Of a stretch of 64,000 bases of DNA, positions 47,726 to 58,427 are shown one piece after another. The translations under genes and the position numbers were made by a program. Source of the stretch: Nostoc sp. Its GTDB lineage: Bacteria > Cyanobacteriota > Cyanobacteriia > Cyanobacteriales > Nostocaceae. Where the stretch lies: the NCBI GenBank assembly GCA_036918135.1, contig JBALDB010000002.1, positions 128,001 to 192,000 of the forward strand. The letters run 5' to 3'. Position 1 is the first letter of the stretch. Each line of letters starts with the position of its first letter. Below the pieces are notes generated by a model that was not told where the DNA came from, did no database searches, and was given only the letters and a program-made list of their open reading frames with translations.

Positions 47726-48049
47726 TTATGCCCCTAATGAAGGCTGATCCTTAGTATTTTTTGACATTGAGAGAGCTACAGCTGCTGCATAAGCAATCTC
47801 CGCCGCCATTTGATAAGCAAGTTTAATGCTTGATGAAGCGTCTTTAGTTTTAGGAGGAGGGGAAACTTTTTTCCGGCGGGATTCTTGCTTGACATCACCC
47901 GCGACAACCGCTCGCTGTAATAAGATCCATGCATCTAGATCTTCGGAATCATAATCACTTTCAATCAGCGATCGTATTTTGTCTTCAGCTACAATACTCA
48001 GATAACCAGTGGCGAGAGCTTCTTCTACAATTTCTTTAATTAAAGCCAT
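47726..48049 (-). CDS. Small cyanobacterial hypothetical protein
   Basis: MALIKEIVEEALATGYLSIVAE...YDSEDLDA...LQRAVVAGDVKQESR resembles a common small Nostocales family; here with a C-terminal extension. Confidence 0.65.
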   Translation of the reverse strand: MALIKEIVEEALATGYLSIVAEDKIRSLIESDYDSEDLDAWILLQRAVVAGDVKQESRRKKVSPPPKTKDASSSIKLAYQMAAEIAYAAAVALSMSKNTKDQPSLGA

Positions 48050-49409
48050 AGTTTCAATCAAGTGTGTGAGTTAAAAATGATACCTCAGCTTGAGCATTGC
48101 ATCTTACTTTGTCAACTTTGACCCGAAACTGAGATCCGTTTTAGCTTTAAATAAAATTTATAACAAGCAATAGCAAGCACGCATCACCCGCTTGGTTCAC
48201 CCAAATGGGTGATTTACAAATTTGAAGACATAAGTAATAGGGAAGAAGATAATTTTTAGATTTTTGCTTTTATCAAAAAGAGGGTGTAATTAAGTATAGT
48301 AGATATCATTCTGAATTTAACATCTAATCAAAAATCTGTTTGGGGATAAGTAACGGTATAAATATCGACACCAAACTGAGAAACTGATATTAGGTATTGC
48401 AAAACAGGGAATAGGTGATTAATTCTTCTGTTTCATCTCCTCATTGCTTAATTAGCGAACGCTTCCGTCAAAAAATTAGCTGCTTTTCATCAGTAAATAG
48501 CCTAGAAAACAACTAATTTAATAAGATTGCTCCACTAAAAATAAAATGTGTTATCGTTAAAAACAATTCTGATTAAAAGCCATTCATCTGATTACAAAGG
48601 TGAATTTGTTAGTCCGTAAATCATCCGTGTGCAACATGATTGGAGCAGCATACCCTAGAAATTCGTTGCAAGAAAGCCGTCATAGCAGTCGGGGAAGCGC
48701 TTACTTGTTTGCACCGATGGTTAACTTCAATGTGATGGCTGATGTGGGAGATAATCCACCTTAATTGAATTGGATTTTATTCGGGTATAAGTGCCAATCA
48801 AAATCTAACAATAATTACATAATCCTGCTGGACAGAAATTGTCTCTATTTTTGAGAGAGTCTAGTCAAATGTATTTTTGTTGCAAGATAGCTTGTAGGAC
48901 TGAGTTGTTTTAAAATACTAAAACTGTCTGCGAATAAGTAGCCTTTGGGTAAATGACTCTATCCATAGTCGCGTCAGCAAGCTTTTCAAATTTCCTGATA
49001 ACCAAAAAAGTAGCCTATCTTAACTAGCAAATATTTTCATCAGACAATTAAATTGTCTAAGTTTTGACTCTGCAATGCACTGATATTGTTTTGTTTATTC
49101 ACTCTTGTGAAAAACAAGCAAAATTGTTACGTAAGATTGATACATAAGCTTATAGTAACCAAGGTAATTTTGCATATCATTTGAGTGACTCTACACACCT
49201 AAGTAAAAGAATTGCTCATAGAGTCAAATCCAGACTCTGGTTTTTTTCAAATTGAAAAACCATCTAAAAAATCTGGGAAAATATTAAGTACTACGTTAAT
49301 TATTGGTATTAATACATACTAATTATTTTAGTATGAGCAGGAGATTAGGATACAACCCAAAAAAAGCTTCAAAACTGTCAACAAAACTTGATTGAAGAGA
49401 TATGTAACC

Positions 49410-50117
49410 ATGCATAACGAGCAATATTCCTCAAAATTGCAACGCGCGCAAGAACTTTTAGTAACTACGGTATTAGGAGATATTCCGACAGTTATTTTAG
49501 GACCAAAGTTGCGTAATTTAGGATATCGTACTATTTTTGCTCAAATAGGCAGCCCAGTTTATATTCAAAATGGTGTTGAATTTAACGGTACTTCTTGTAT
49601 TGAAATTGGCAATGGAGTATATATTTTCCAAGGCGTGCGGATGGATGCTAGAGGAGACAAAAATAATAGAATTCGTCTAGGAAATAGAGTCGCTATCGAA
49701 CGTTACACTGACATTGGGTGTTTGTCAGATACGTATATACATATAGATGAAGACACCTTCATTGGCCCCAACGTATGTATTGAAGGGCCAGGAGACATTA
49801 AAATTGGCAAACACTGTATGATTGCTGCTCATTCAGGGATATATGCCAATAATCATAATTTTGCCGATCCCATCGAGCCAATGAAATACCAGGGTGTGAC
49901 TTGCAAGGGAATTGTGATTGAGGATGACTGCTGGCTAGGACATGGAGTAACAGTATTAGATGGCGTTACCATTGGTAGAGGCTGTGTAATTGGTGCAGGA
50001 GCAGTTGTCAATAAAGATATTCCTCCTTTCTCGGTTGCTGTAGGCATACCTGCACGAGTCATCAAAAAGCGAATTGGCAAGGATTTAGCAAAACTTCAGG
50101 AGAAATCAGGGTGTTGA
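49410..50117 (+). CDS. Hexapeptide-repeat (left-handed beta-helix) acyltransferase
   Basis: IxIG repeats, ANNH, IEDDCWLG, IGAGAVV and GIPARVIK. Confidence 0.9.
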   Translation: MHNEQYSSKLQRAQELLVTTVLGDIPTVILGPKLRNLGYRTIFAQIGSPVYIQNGVEFNGTSCIEIGNGVYIFQGVRMDARGDKNNRIRLGNRVAIERYTDIGCLSDTYIHIDEDTFIGPNVCIEGPGDIKIGKHCMIAAHSGIYANNHNFADPIEPMKYQGVTCKGIVIEDDCWLGHGVTVLDGVTIGRGCVIGAGAVVNKDIPPFSVAVGIPARVIKKRIGKDLAKLQEKSGC

Positions 50118-50490
50118 CTAGTGACTAATGACTGGTGAGTGTTGAGTGTTGACTGGGGCATGGTAAGTGTTCTGTATCACCTCTACTTTTTTGGGAAACT
50201 TATGGTGTGAGTAAACGTCATAAGAATAGCCAGTCTTTAAGTTATTTTTTAGGGACATCTATCAAGTCAGACACGCACCATTTTCAGTAAACTTGGGCAA
50301 ACAGGGAGTACTGAATTTAGAGTTAGTATTATCTTCTGTGCCACTCATCTCCCAGCGTTCCCCAGTCAACAGTCAACAGAATATCGTCTCAAAAAGGGAC
50401 GAGATGTGGGTAATATAAAGTAGCTACCTTTTCTGCATGGCAGATACTCAAAGAAAAGCTCTCTTTGTCATACCCGTTGGAGATATTTGT

Positions 50491-50607
50491 ATGGTGACTT
50501 TAAAAATCATTGTTTATATTGTTGTTGCCTTCTTCGTAACTATCTTCGTCTTCGGATTTTTATCGAACGATCCAGCTCGTAACCCTGGCCGTCGGGACTT
50601 GGAGTAA
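50491..50607 (+). CDS. psbI: Photosystem II protein I
   Basis: Hand translation [45 protein letters not shown]. Not in ORF track. Confidence 0.98.
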   Translation: MVTLKIIVYIVVAFFVTIFVFGFLSNDPARNPGRRDLE

Positions 50608-50659
50608 AAGAGCGATAAATCATCCACGACTTTGGAAGGCGGAAGATACTCAACGCCAC

Positions 50660-50692
50660 GGAAACTTACTGCGCTAAAGTTAGTAAGTTTCC
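50660..50692 (+). terminator. Hairpin after psbI
   Basis: GGAAACTTACT / AGTAAGTTTCC 11-bp stem. Confidence 0.55.
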
Positions 50693-50788
50693 TGCTCTAG
50701 GTAGCAGAAGGCGACAGTCGGAAGGCAAAATGTATATTCATCCTTTTGTTCGTCATTTGGCTGTTTGTTAGCTCAGTTTTGCTCAAAT

Positions 50789-53491
50789 ATGCTTCATCCA
50801 GTTCTGCCGCCCGATCCGCCTCCTATCCTCGAACCTTTACAACCTGCTAATTCCGTCTTATCTGCTAGCAATACAAAGTCTGGTTCAGGTGTCAAGACTG
50901 GGATACGCCCAAACCCGATAAAATTCAAGCACGATCGAGATTTGGCTCAGTTGGCGATCGCACGTGATACCAGAAGTTCTCCGCGCTCACCAAGTTTGCT
51001 CAAGTTAACTAGTCAGAAATTGGAAGTCGCCGAAACTCCATCCCTAGCCAATCCACCAAAAACTCTGCCAGCAGAATTTTCCTCACTCACCACCCCCCAA
51101 AGTGCAGCGCTTCTGGGGCAATCTCTAGAAATTGGTTATCCCACGCAGCAAGTTAAAATCTCTAATGTAGATGAGAAAGAAAATACGCAGGTATCGCAAC
51201 GCTCTGAGGAACAGACGCAGGGATACAAACAGCAAGAGCCAGAAGTTTTTGAACAACTCCAACAGCGATCGCTAAATCCTGACTCTAATAGTAAAGAAAA
51301 ACAAACCTTATTAGACTCTTTTAACTCCACTGCCTCAGAGCCTCAGAGCCTCAGAGCGTCTCCCCCTGCTATTTCTGCATCAAATTCTCAATCAATACAA
51401 AATTTAATACAGTTTAAGTCTCGCAAGCCAACAAACCAACTGTCTGCGCCCATCACTGTAGAATTTTATTCCCAAGCCCAAGCACCAACGCCAACACCAC
51501 AAGTAGACACCACAAATCAACCTCAACCGCCAGCTAGCACGCCGCAAGTAGACACCACAAATCAACCTCAACCGCCAGCTAACACCCCACAAGTAGACAC
51601 CACCAATCAGCCACAACCGCCAGCTAGCACGCTACCAGCCGCACCGAGAATTGTGGAAGTAACTTCAGATCGGCAAGAGTATGACGAACAACGGCGAATT
51701 ATTACGGCTGTTGGTAATGTAGTTGTGCGATTTGATGGAGCGGTAGTGGATGCCGATCGCTTGCAAGTCAGTTTAAACAACTTGATTGCTGCGGGGGAAG
51801 GCAACGTAACTTTAACACGGGGCGATCAAATATTGCGGGGACAACGCTTTACGTATAACTTTGTTCAAGATAGTGGAGAACTGCAAAATGGTGGAGGAGA
51901 AATCTACGTACCCTCAACTGATACAGATTTTGCTTTCTCATCCACAGATGTAACTGCTGGTGGAGTACCAAAACGCCCGCCGAGCGAACGCATTACAGCC
52001 AGTCAGCCGTTTTCAGGTGTTAGCAGTCCTGGAGGAATTGATGTCACAATTGGTGGTCAGGCAGACGCTAGCAACATCCCGCCGCCAAAAACTGGCGGTG
52101 CAGTCAAGCGCCTGAGATTTGAAGCCCAACAGATTGACTTCTATCCCCAAGGTTGGCAAGCAAACAATGTCCGGATCACTAATGACCCTTTTTCACCGCC
52201 AGAACTAGAGTTACGTGCAGATAAAGTCACTTTGACGCGAGAGTCACCCTTGGTAGACCGCATCCGTACCCAACGACAGCGTTTGGTATTAGATCAAAGG
52301 TTCTCTTTACCAATTCCGGTGAATCAACAGACAATTGACCGTCGGGAACGGGATGTTTCACCCTTTATAGTCTCTCCTGGCTACGATGGAAAAGACCGTG
52401 GTGGTTTCTACGTTGAGCGCGGCTTTCCACTCATCGAGACTGAGCAGACACGCTGGACAATCACACCCCAGTTATTAGTACAAAGGGGTATACAAGAAGG
52501 AGTGGGTGACTTAGGCGCACTGTTTGGTGTAAAAACAAGGGTCAATTCTGTTTTGAGTCCACGAACTGTAGTTCAGGGGACTGGAGAATTAACGAGTTTT
52601 AACTTCAACAATGTGGAAGAAAGTTTCCGGGCGAATTTGGCATTGCGCCAAATATTAGGCGATCGCCTTCCCCATATCTTGACTCTACAATATAATTACC
52701 GCGATCGTCTCTACAACGGCACCCTTGGCTTTCAAACTGTCCAGAGTAGTCTTGGTGCTCTAATTACCTCTCCTGTGATTCCTTTAGGCAAAAGTGGTAT
52801 TAACCTCAGCTATCAAGGAAGTGCCCAGTATATTGATGCCAACACCGATCGCCTAGACTTACTAGAACCAGTGCGGGATAACGATCGCATTTCACTAGGT
52901 CGTCTACAAGCTAGTGCATCCCTGAGTACTGGGTTGCGACTGTGGCAGGGAAAACCATTACCAGCCACCGCCAGTCAGGGATTACGATACACAGCTACCC
53001 CTGTAGTTCCTTACTTGCTAGCGATCGCTGGCGTTACGGGCACTAGTAGTTATTACACCAATGGGGATAACCAAAGCACCCTAACTGGTACAATTGGCTT
53101 ACAAGGGCAAATTGGTCATTTTTCTCGACCCTTTTTAGACTACACTGCTTTCAATATTAGTTTCTCTCAAGGTTTAAACAGCGGACTATCGCCCTTTTTA
53201 TTCGATCGCTCCGTTGATAACAAAGTATTGAGTGCTGGGATTATACAGCAAATCTATGGGCCTTTCCGCTTAGGCTTTCAAACATCAGTTAACTTAGATA
53301 CAGGTCAACAATCTAGCACCGACTACATTTTGGAATATAGCCGCCGCACCTATGGCATCACCTTGCGTTACAATCCAGTGCTGGAGCTAGGTGGCTTCAG
53401 CATCCGAATTAGTGATTTTAACTGGAATGGCGGTGCCGATCCATTTTCTGAAGTTAAGCCAGTAGTGAACGGGGTGCAACAGAATTATTAA
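50789..53491 (+). CDS. DUF3769 / LptD-like outer-membrane assembly protein
   Basis: MLHPVLPPDPP start, low-complexity N-region, OstA-like EVTSDRQEYD...AVGNV domain, beta-rich C-terminus ending RISDFNW. Confidence 0.82.
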   Translation: MLHPVLPPDPPPILEPLQPANSVLSASNTKSGSGVKTGIRPNPIKFKHDRDLAQLAIARDTRSSPRSPSLLKLTSQKLEVAETPSLANPPKTLPAEFSSLTTPQSAALLGQSLEIGYPTQQVKISNVDEKENTQVSQRSEEQTQGYKQQEPEVFEQLQQRSLNPDSNSKEKQTLLDSFNSTASEPQSLRASPPAISASNSQSIQNLIQFKSRKPTNQLSAPITVEFYSQAQAPTPTPQVDTTNQPQPPASTPQVDTTNQPQPPANTPQVDTTNQPQPPASTLPAAPRIVEVTSDRQEYDEQRRIITAVGNVVVRFDGAVVDADRLQVSLNNLIAAGEGNVTLTRGDQILRGQRFTYNFVQDSGELQNGGGEIYVPSTDTDFAFSSTDVTAGGVPKRPPSERITASQPFSGVSSPGGIDVTIGGQADASNIPPPKTGGAVKRLRFEAQQIDFYPQGWQANNVRITNDPFSPPELELRADKVTLTRESPLVDRIRTQRQRLVLDQRFSLPIPVNQQTIDRRERDVSPFIVSPGYDGKDRGGFYVERGFPLIETEQTRWTITPQLLVQRGIQEGVGDLGALFGVKTRVNSVLSPRTVVQGTGELTSFNFNNVEESFRANLALRQILGDRLPHILTLQYNYRDRLYNGTLGFQTVQSSLGALITSPVIPLGKSGINLSYQGSAQYIDANTDRLDLLEPVRDNDRISLGRLQASASLSTGLRLWQGKPLPATASQGLRYTATPVVPYLLAIAGVTGTSSYYTNGDNQSTLTGTIGLQGQIGHFSRPFLDYTAFNISFSQGLNSGLSPFLFDRSVDNKVLSAGIIQQIYGPFRLGFQTSVNLDTGQQSSTDYILEYSRRTYGITLRYNPVLELGGFSIRISDFNWNGGADPFSEVKPVVNGVQQNY
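51494..51631 (+). repeat. Coding tandem repeat, 3 x 45 bp (TPQVDTTNQPQPPA[S/N])
   Basis: Units start at 51494, 51539 and 51584. Confidence 0.92.
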
Positions 53492-53666
53492 TCAAAATGG
53501 CAATCAGGAATGGAGCATTGGGCAGAAGAAGCAGAGGGATAAAGGGGAAAGACTTGCTGTTTTATCTGCCTCATCTTTCTATGCCCCATACCCCGCCCCA
53601 AGACGGTGTCTACGGTTAGTTGGGGTTTGAATCCCCTTCTAACCGAACCCTACACCCTGTTCAATC

Positions 53667-55166
53667 TTATGATTCGGGATTTAAAGGCAAAATTACTGTA
53701 AATGTAGTACCGATACCAACTTGGCTTGTGACACTGATTTGACCGTTGTGAGCATCAACGCACCTTTTAACAATGACTAACCCCAATCCGGTGCCCTGAA
53801 TTGATTGGACATTTGAGGCTCGGTAGAATGATTCAAAAAGTCTGGCTTGGTCTGCTTCCGGAATACCAATTCCTCGGTCTTGAATATAAAAAATTGCTAC
53901 TTTCTGAGCAGGGTCACATATTAAATCGAATTGAATATTGCCACCTTTGGGAGAATATTTTACTGCGTTTGAGAGTAGATTACTGAACATATAATCTAAG
54001 AGCCGTTCATCCATGACAGCGTTCGTATCATTACTATGACAAGTAAAAATAATTTGAGTTACACTATTAATAACAGTAGAAAAATCTTCGATTAGTTCTC
54101 TACAGAATAGTTCTAAATTAATTGGAGCAGGATTACATACCAATTTTCCTGCCTCCGCATGACCCATAAATAGCACCTCTTCCATGAGTTTATTCATGGA
54201 TTGCACGGCTCCTTGAATACGCTTTATATAGGTGCGTCTTTTAATATCGGTCAAATGTCTTCCCTGGATTTCTATAAGTTCTACTGACGTTTGAATAACT
54301 GTTAAGGGATTACGGAACTCATGAGATACAGTCGAGATAAATAAGGACTTGAGACGGTTAAGTTCTTGCTCCTTTTGCAATGCTTGCTCTAACAATTTTG
54401 CTTGACGCCGTTCGCTAAGATCCCAAAAAACAACTACTACACCATTAATCTGGTCAGGTCGCCGTCTCAATGGTGAAGCACTATCCCCAATAGGAACCCT
54501 TTTTCCATCTTTAGTAATTAGAGATGTAAATTCCCCTAAATAAACAACCTGTTGCTCCCGCAATACTTTTGTGACTGGATTTTCTAAGGTAGCTTCTGTA
54601 ACTTCATCAACAAGATGAAAAATCTTTGATGCTTCATTGCCTAGAGCATCTTTTTGCTGCCATCCGGTTATGGCCTCAGCTGCGGGATTCATAAATGTCA
54701 CCATTCCTTGCTCATTGGTGGCAATCACAGCATCACTCATGGAGTTTAGAAGAGTTGCTAACTGATCTCGATTCTCCCGCAGTTCGCGTTCTAACTGGTG
54801 TTTTAATAAACCGATTTCAATAGCTATTCTCAAATCTTTTGTAGTAAATGGCTTAACAATGTATCCAAAAGGTTGGGTAATTTTCGCTCGTTCTAAAGTA
54901 TTTTCATCACCATACGCAGTTAAAAAAATTATAGGTACGTCTAGCTGTTCACGAATATGAGTGGCAGTGGCAATACCGTCCATCTCACCTTTAAGGATAA
55001 TATCCATTAGTACTAATTCTGGTTGAGTTTCCCATACCTTGGCAATGGCAACTTTCCCAGAGGAAGCTGTACCGGTGACAGTGTACCCTAGTTGACTGAG
55101 TTGTCTGGCGATAGTTCTAGCCACAATTACTTCATCTTCAACGACTAAAATCCTAGCTTGACCCAT
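53667..55166 (-). CDS. Hybrid sensor kinase REC-PAS-HisKA-HATPase
   Basis: ILVVEDE/LMDI/KPF receiver, PAS MNPAAE, SHEFRNPL, NAVKYS, DRGIG and GTGLGL motifs. Confidence 0.93.
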   Translation of the reverse strand: MGQARILVVEDEVIVARTIARQLSQLGYTVTGTASSGKVAIAKVWETQPELVLMDIILKGEMDGIATATHIREQLDVPIIFLTAYGDENTLERAKITQPFGYIVKPFTTKDLRIAIEIGLLKHQLERELRENRDQLATLLNSMSDAVIATNEQGMVTFMNPAAEAITGWQQKDALGNEASKIFHLVDEVTEATLENPVTKVLREQQVVYLGEFTSLITKDGKRVPIGDSASPLRRRPDQINGVVVVFWDLSERRQAKLLEQALQKEQELNRLKSLFISTVSHEFRNPLTVIQTSVELIEIQGRHLTDIKRRTYIKRIQGAVQSMNKLMEEVLFMGHAEAGKLVCNPAPINLELFCRELIEDFSTVINSVTQIIFTCHSNDTNAVMDERLLDYMFSNLLSNAVKYSPKGGNIQFDLICDPAQKVAIFYIQDRGIGIPEADQARLFESFYRASNVQSIQGTGLGLVIVKRCVDAHNGQISVTSQVGIGTTFTVILPLNPES

Positions 55167-55176
55167 TTGGTATTTA

Positions 55177-57975
55177 CTAATTCAAAGTTAACTGCGTGAA
55201 TTGGATTTTGAATACTGTTCCACGATCGCATTCTAGAGTAATCTCACCTTCGAGTTGTTCTGTAACTAAGTCATACACCAAAGAGAGACCCAGAGAAGCA
55301 GTATTTCTCCAATCTAAATTATCTGGTAAACCAATACCATTGTCTTGAATAGTCATCTCGATCCTATTATCAAGATTTCGTAAAGCAATACGAATTGTGC
55401 CTGCTTGTTGATTGGGAAAAGCGTGCTTTAGAGCGTTAGAGATTAATTCGTTAATTACTAATCCACAGGCAATGGCTTGGTCAATATTCAAACTAACTGA
55501 ATCTATATCAGTTTCAAGAGCAATTCTCCCAGGAACAATTTGATAGGAAATTAACAGGCTGGTTGCCAAATTATGGATATAATCACCAACATCAATTTGT
55601 CCAATATTAGCGGAAGTATATAAATTTTTATGAATGAGAGATATTGACTCGATGCGGTTCTGACTTTCTCTAAGAACTTTAATGACTTCTAAATCTTTAA
55701 GTGAGTGAGACTGGAGTTGCAATAGGCTAGAGACAATCTGCAAATTATTTTTAACTCGATGATGTACTTCTTTTAAGAGAACTTCTTTTTCTGCCAATGT
55801 ACTTCTTAACTTCACTTCCATTTTTTGTCTTTGCACAAGTTCAGTTTGAGCTTGTTCAAACATGCTAGATTGTTGAATAGCGATCGCCAATTGTACTGTA
55901 ACTCCATCGAGCAAATCTAACTGATTTTCTTCCCACTCCCGAAAACGGGAACATTGGTGAGCAATTAGTAAACCCCAAAGGTGAGAACCAGAGTTTTGAG
56001 ACCTTACTTCTAGTAAAATGGGTACGACTAAATTTGCTTTCACCTCAAACCGTTCTAATAAGCAAATATGGCAATCACTTAGTCCAGCTTGATAAATATT
56101 AGCGAGTGCTTGTTTGCGTCCTTGATAATACTCCACTCCTCCGCCTGTTTGAAAACAAGTATCATGAACTTCTGCACCTAAAGAAACTCTCCATCCAGGC
56201 TCTACGGATTCTGCCATAATTGTGCCAATCATCTCTCGGTCAAACTGATAAACTACTACTCGTTCAACCTTCAGTAAATCTCGCACTTCTTGAACTGTAA
56301 CATTGAGAATATCTTGGAGATTTAAAGATTGACGAATTCGTTGAGCAATGGTTCGCATCAATTGCTCTCGCTCGGCTTGAGCAATAATCGCAAGTTCACT
56401 TCGTTTACGTTCTGTGATATCTTGCCCAATCCCGATAATTTGACCATTTGCAAGTCTAACATTAGTCCAAGATGTATCTAATAAATGACCATCTCGTACC
56501 TGAATTCTAAAATCATTCCAGTTGCGTTGTGCAGACTGAATAAAATTAATCACATCTTGACGATATTCAAGATTAGGAAATAAAACTTCTAAAATATCAG
56601 AATTTTGTAAATCTTGAAATTTCCAACCTAAAACTCTTTCCCATTCTTGGTTCACCCACTGAAGTTTATTATTGTGATTAATCAGTGCAATCATCAAGGG
56701 AATATTTTCAAAAATTAATTTTAAAAATTTATTTTGTTCTTGAAGCTTTTTCTGTTCATTTTTAGAAAAACTAATATCATAAACTACTATTAAAATTGCT
56801 GCTTCATTATTAAATTTTAAATATTGCAGTGAAGCACTCGCCCAAAACTGACTGCCATCCGCTCTTTTTAATTGAAGTTCATAATTACGGATATATCCAT
56901 CTCGTTCCAGAATTTCTAACAGTGCTTTTAAATCTGTTAAATCATAGTATAAATCTGAGATTTTTTTTTGATTAACTAAATTTATTGAAGAAAAATGAAA
57001 CGTTTTAATTAACTCCTGATTAGCGTATAAAATTAAACCATCAGACGCACGTAAAATCATTAATGGAACAGGAATTACTTCAGAAATAGCTCGAAATCTA
57101 GCTTTATTTTCTTCAATGTTTTTTTCTATTTCTTTGTACTCTATGATATCTTTTATATTAACTAACTGAGCTTTGTAACTAGCATAATCTATTGGATGTG
57201 AGACAATTTCTACATCAATAATCTGTCCGTCTTTGCGACGATGCAGCCATTGTCCACAAAAGTGTAAGCTAGAATGATTTTTGTCTAAAGATTCCGGCAA
57301 TATAGAGAGATTTTCTGGACAGTAAATATCAGTTATTCGCATTTGTAAAAACTCTTCTCGTGAGTAGCCATAATGAATAATAGCAGCTTCATTCACATCT
57401 AAGAATCGCAGATTTATTTCATCAAATACCCACATAGGGTTAGGATTTTTCAAGAAAAGAAGATTAAAACTTTTTTGACTATCATCAATAATTTTTTGCC
57501 GATGCAACTCTAGATGGCTGATTATTTGTCGAGCCAACTGTTGTAAGGCTACTTGCTCCTTAAAATTTAAATTTCGGACAGCAAAATCAATTACACAAAG
57601 AGTACCTAATGCAAAGCCATTAGAGGTAATTAAGGGAACCCCTGCATAGAAGCGCAAACAATTATTTGATGTTACAAAGGAATTTGTGGCAAACCGTTCA
57701 TCTTGCAAAGTATCAGGAATAATTAGTATTTGGCTTTCCAAGATCGTGTAACTACCAAAGGCAATATTTCGCGGAACTTCCGAGATAATTACTCCAATTT
57801 TTGACTTGAACCACTCCCGTTGTGCATCGACTAGAGTAATCAAAGCGATTGGTGTTTCACAAAAGTTAGCAGCTAATTGAGCTAGTCCATCAAAAACTTC
57901 TTCTGGAGGTGTATCTAAAATTTGATACCGATAGAGTACTTCTAGCCGTTGGCTTTCATTTTCAGGAAATAGCAT
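55177..57975 (-). CDS. GAF-PAS(3)-GAF(cyanobacteriochrome)-HisKA_2 sensor kinase
   Basis: N-terminal GAF (ILDTPPE), three PAS domains, second GAF with DTCF and CH, and EVHHRVKNNLQ kinase core. Confidence 0.92.
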   Translation of the reverse strand: MLFPENESQRLEVLYRYQILDTPPEEVFDGLAQLAANFCETPIALITLVDAQREWFKSKIGVIISEVPRNIAFGSYTILESQILIIPDTLQDERFATNSFVTSNNCLRFYAGVPLITSNGFALGTLCVIDFAVRNLNFKEQVALQQLARQIISHLELHRQKIIDDSQKSFNLLFLKNPNPMWVFDEINLRFLDVNEAAIIHYGYSREEFLQMRITDIYCPENLSILPESLDKNHSSLHFCGQWLHRRKDGQIIDVEIVSHPIDYASYKAQLVNIKDIIEYKEIEKNIEENKARFRAISEVIPVPLMILRASDGLILYANQELIKTFHFSSINLVNQKKISDLYYDLTDLKALLEILERDGYIRNYELQLKRADGSQFWASASLQYLKFNNEAAILIVVYDISFSKNEQKKLQEQNKFLKLIFENIPLMIALINHNNKLQWVNQEWERVLGWKFQDLQNSDILEVLFPNLEYRQDVINFIQSAQRNWNDFRIQVRDGHLLDTSWTNVRLANGQIIGIGQDITERKRSELAIIAQAEREQLMRTIAQRIRQSLNLQDILNVTVQEVRDLLKVERVVVYQFDREMIGTIMAESVEPGWRVSLGAEVHDTCFQTGGGVEYYQGRKQALANIYQAGLSDCHICLLERFEVKANLVVPILLEVRSQNSGSHLWGLLIAHQCSRFREWEENQLDLLDGVTVQLAIAIQQSSMFEQAQTELVQRQKMEVKLRSTLAEKEVLLKEVHHRVKNNLQIVSSLLQLQSHSLKDLEVIKVLRESQNRIESISLIHKNLYTSANIGQIDVGDYIHNLATSLLISYQIVPGRIALETDIDSVSLNIDQAIACGLVINELISNALKHAFPNQQAGTIRIALRNLDNRIEMTIQDNGIGLPDNLDWRNTASLGLSLVYDLVTEQLEGEITLECDRGTVFKIQFTQLTLN

Positions 57976-58375
57976 CAGTTGTTTTATAAAAAACTTTTTT
58001 ATACTTAGTTTTAATCTGCTTAGATTTTCAAAAATTCGGTTTGAGTTTGGAATAATTTCTTTTATTAAAGAGTTACTTGGTTGTCTTGAATTAGCTAAAA
58101 TCTATTTTTAAATTATTATTTATTTAAAATTTCCTAATTAAACTCGATGTATTTTTGAGATATTAATTCTACTCAATTTTTAATAATCGCTTGCAATTAA
58201 TTAAATAAGTTTTATTAAAAATAAACAATCTTCATCAGCACTTTGTATATTTTATATTATTTCTATACTACATCAAAAATGAAAATTGACAGCCTATTAA
58301 CCTAATTGTAGTATACAGTAAAATTATATACTAAAATTGTCCCCAGAGATTTAGCGCTCAAATTAAACTACTCTA

Positions 58376-58405
58376 GACACAGAGATTTTTTGGGATCTCT
58401 GTGTC
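58376..58405. terminator. Hairpin downstream of the SagB-type gene
   Basis: GACACAGAGAT-8 nt-ATCTCTGTGTC. Confidence 0.55.
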
Positions 58406-58427
58406 CTCAGCCAGCAAAGGATTAGTT

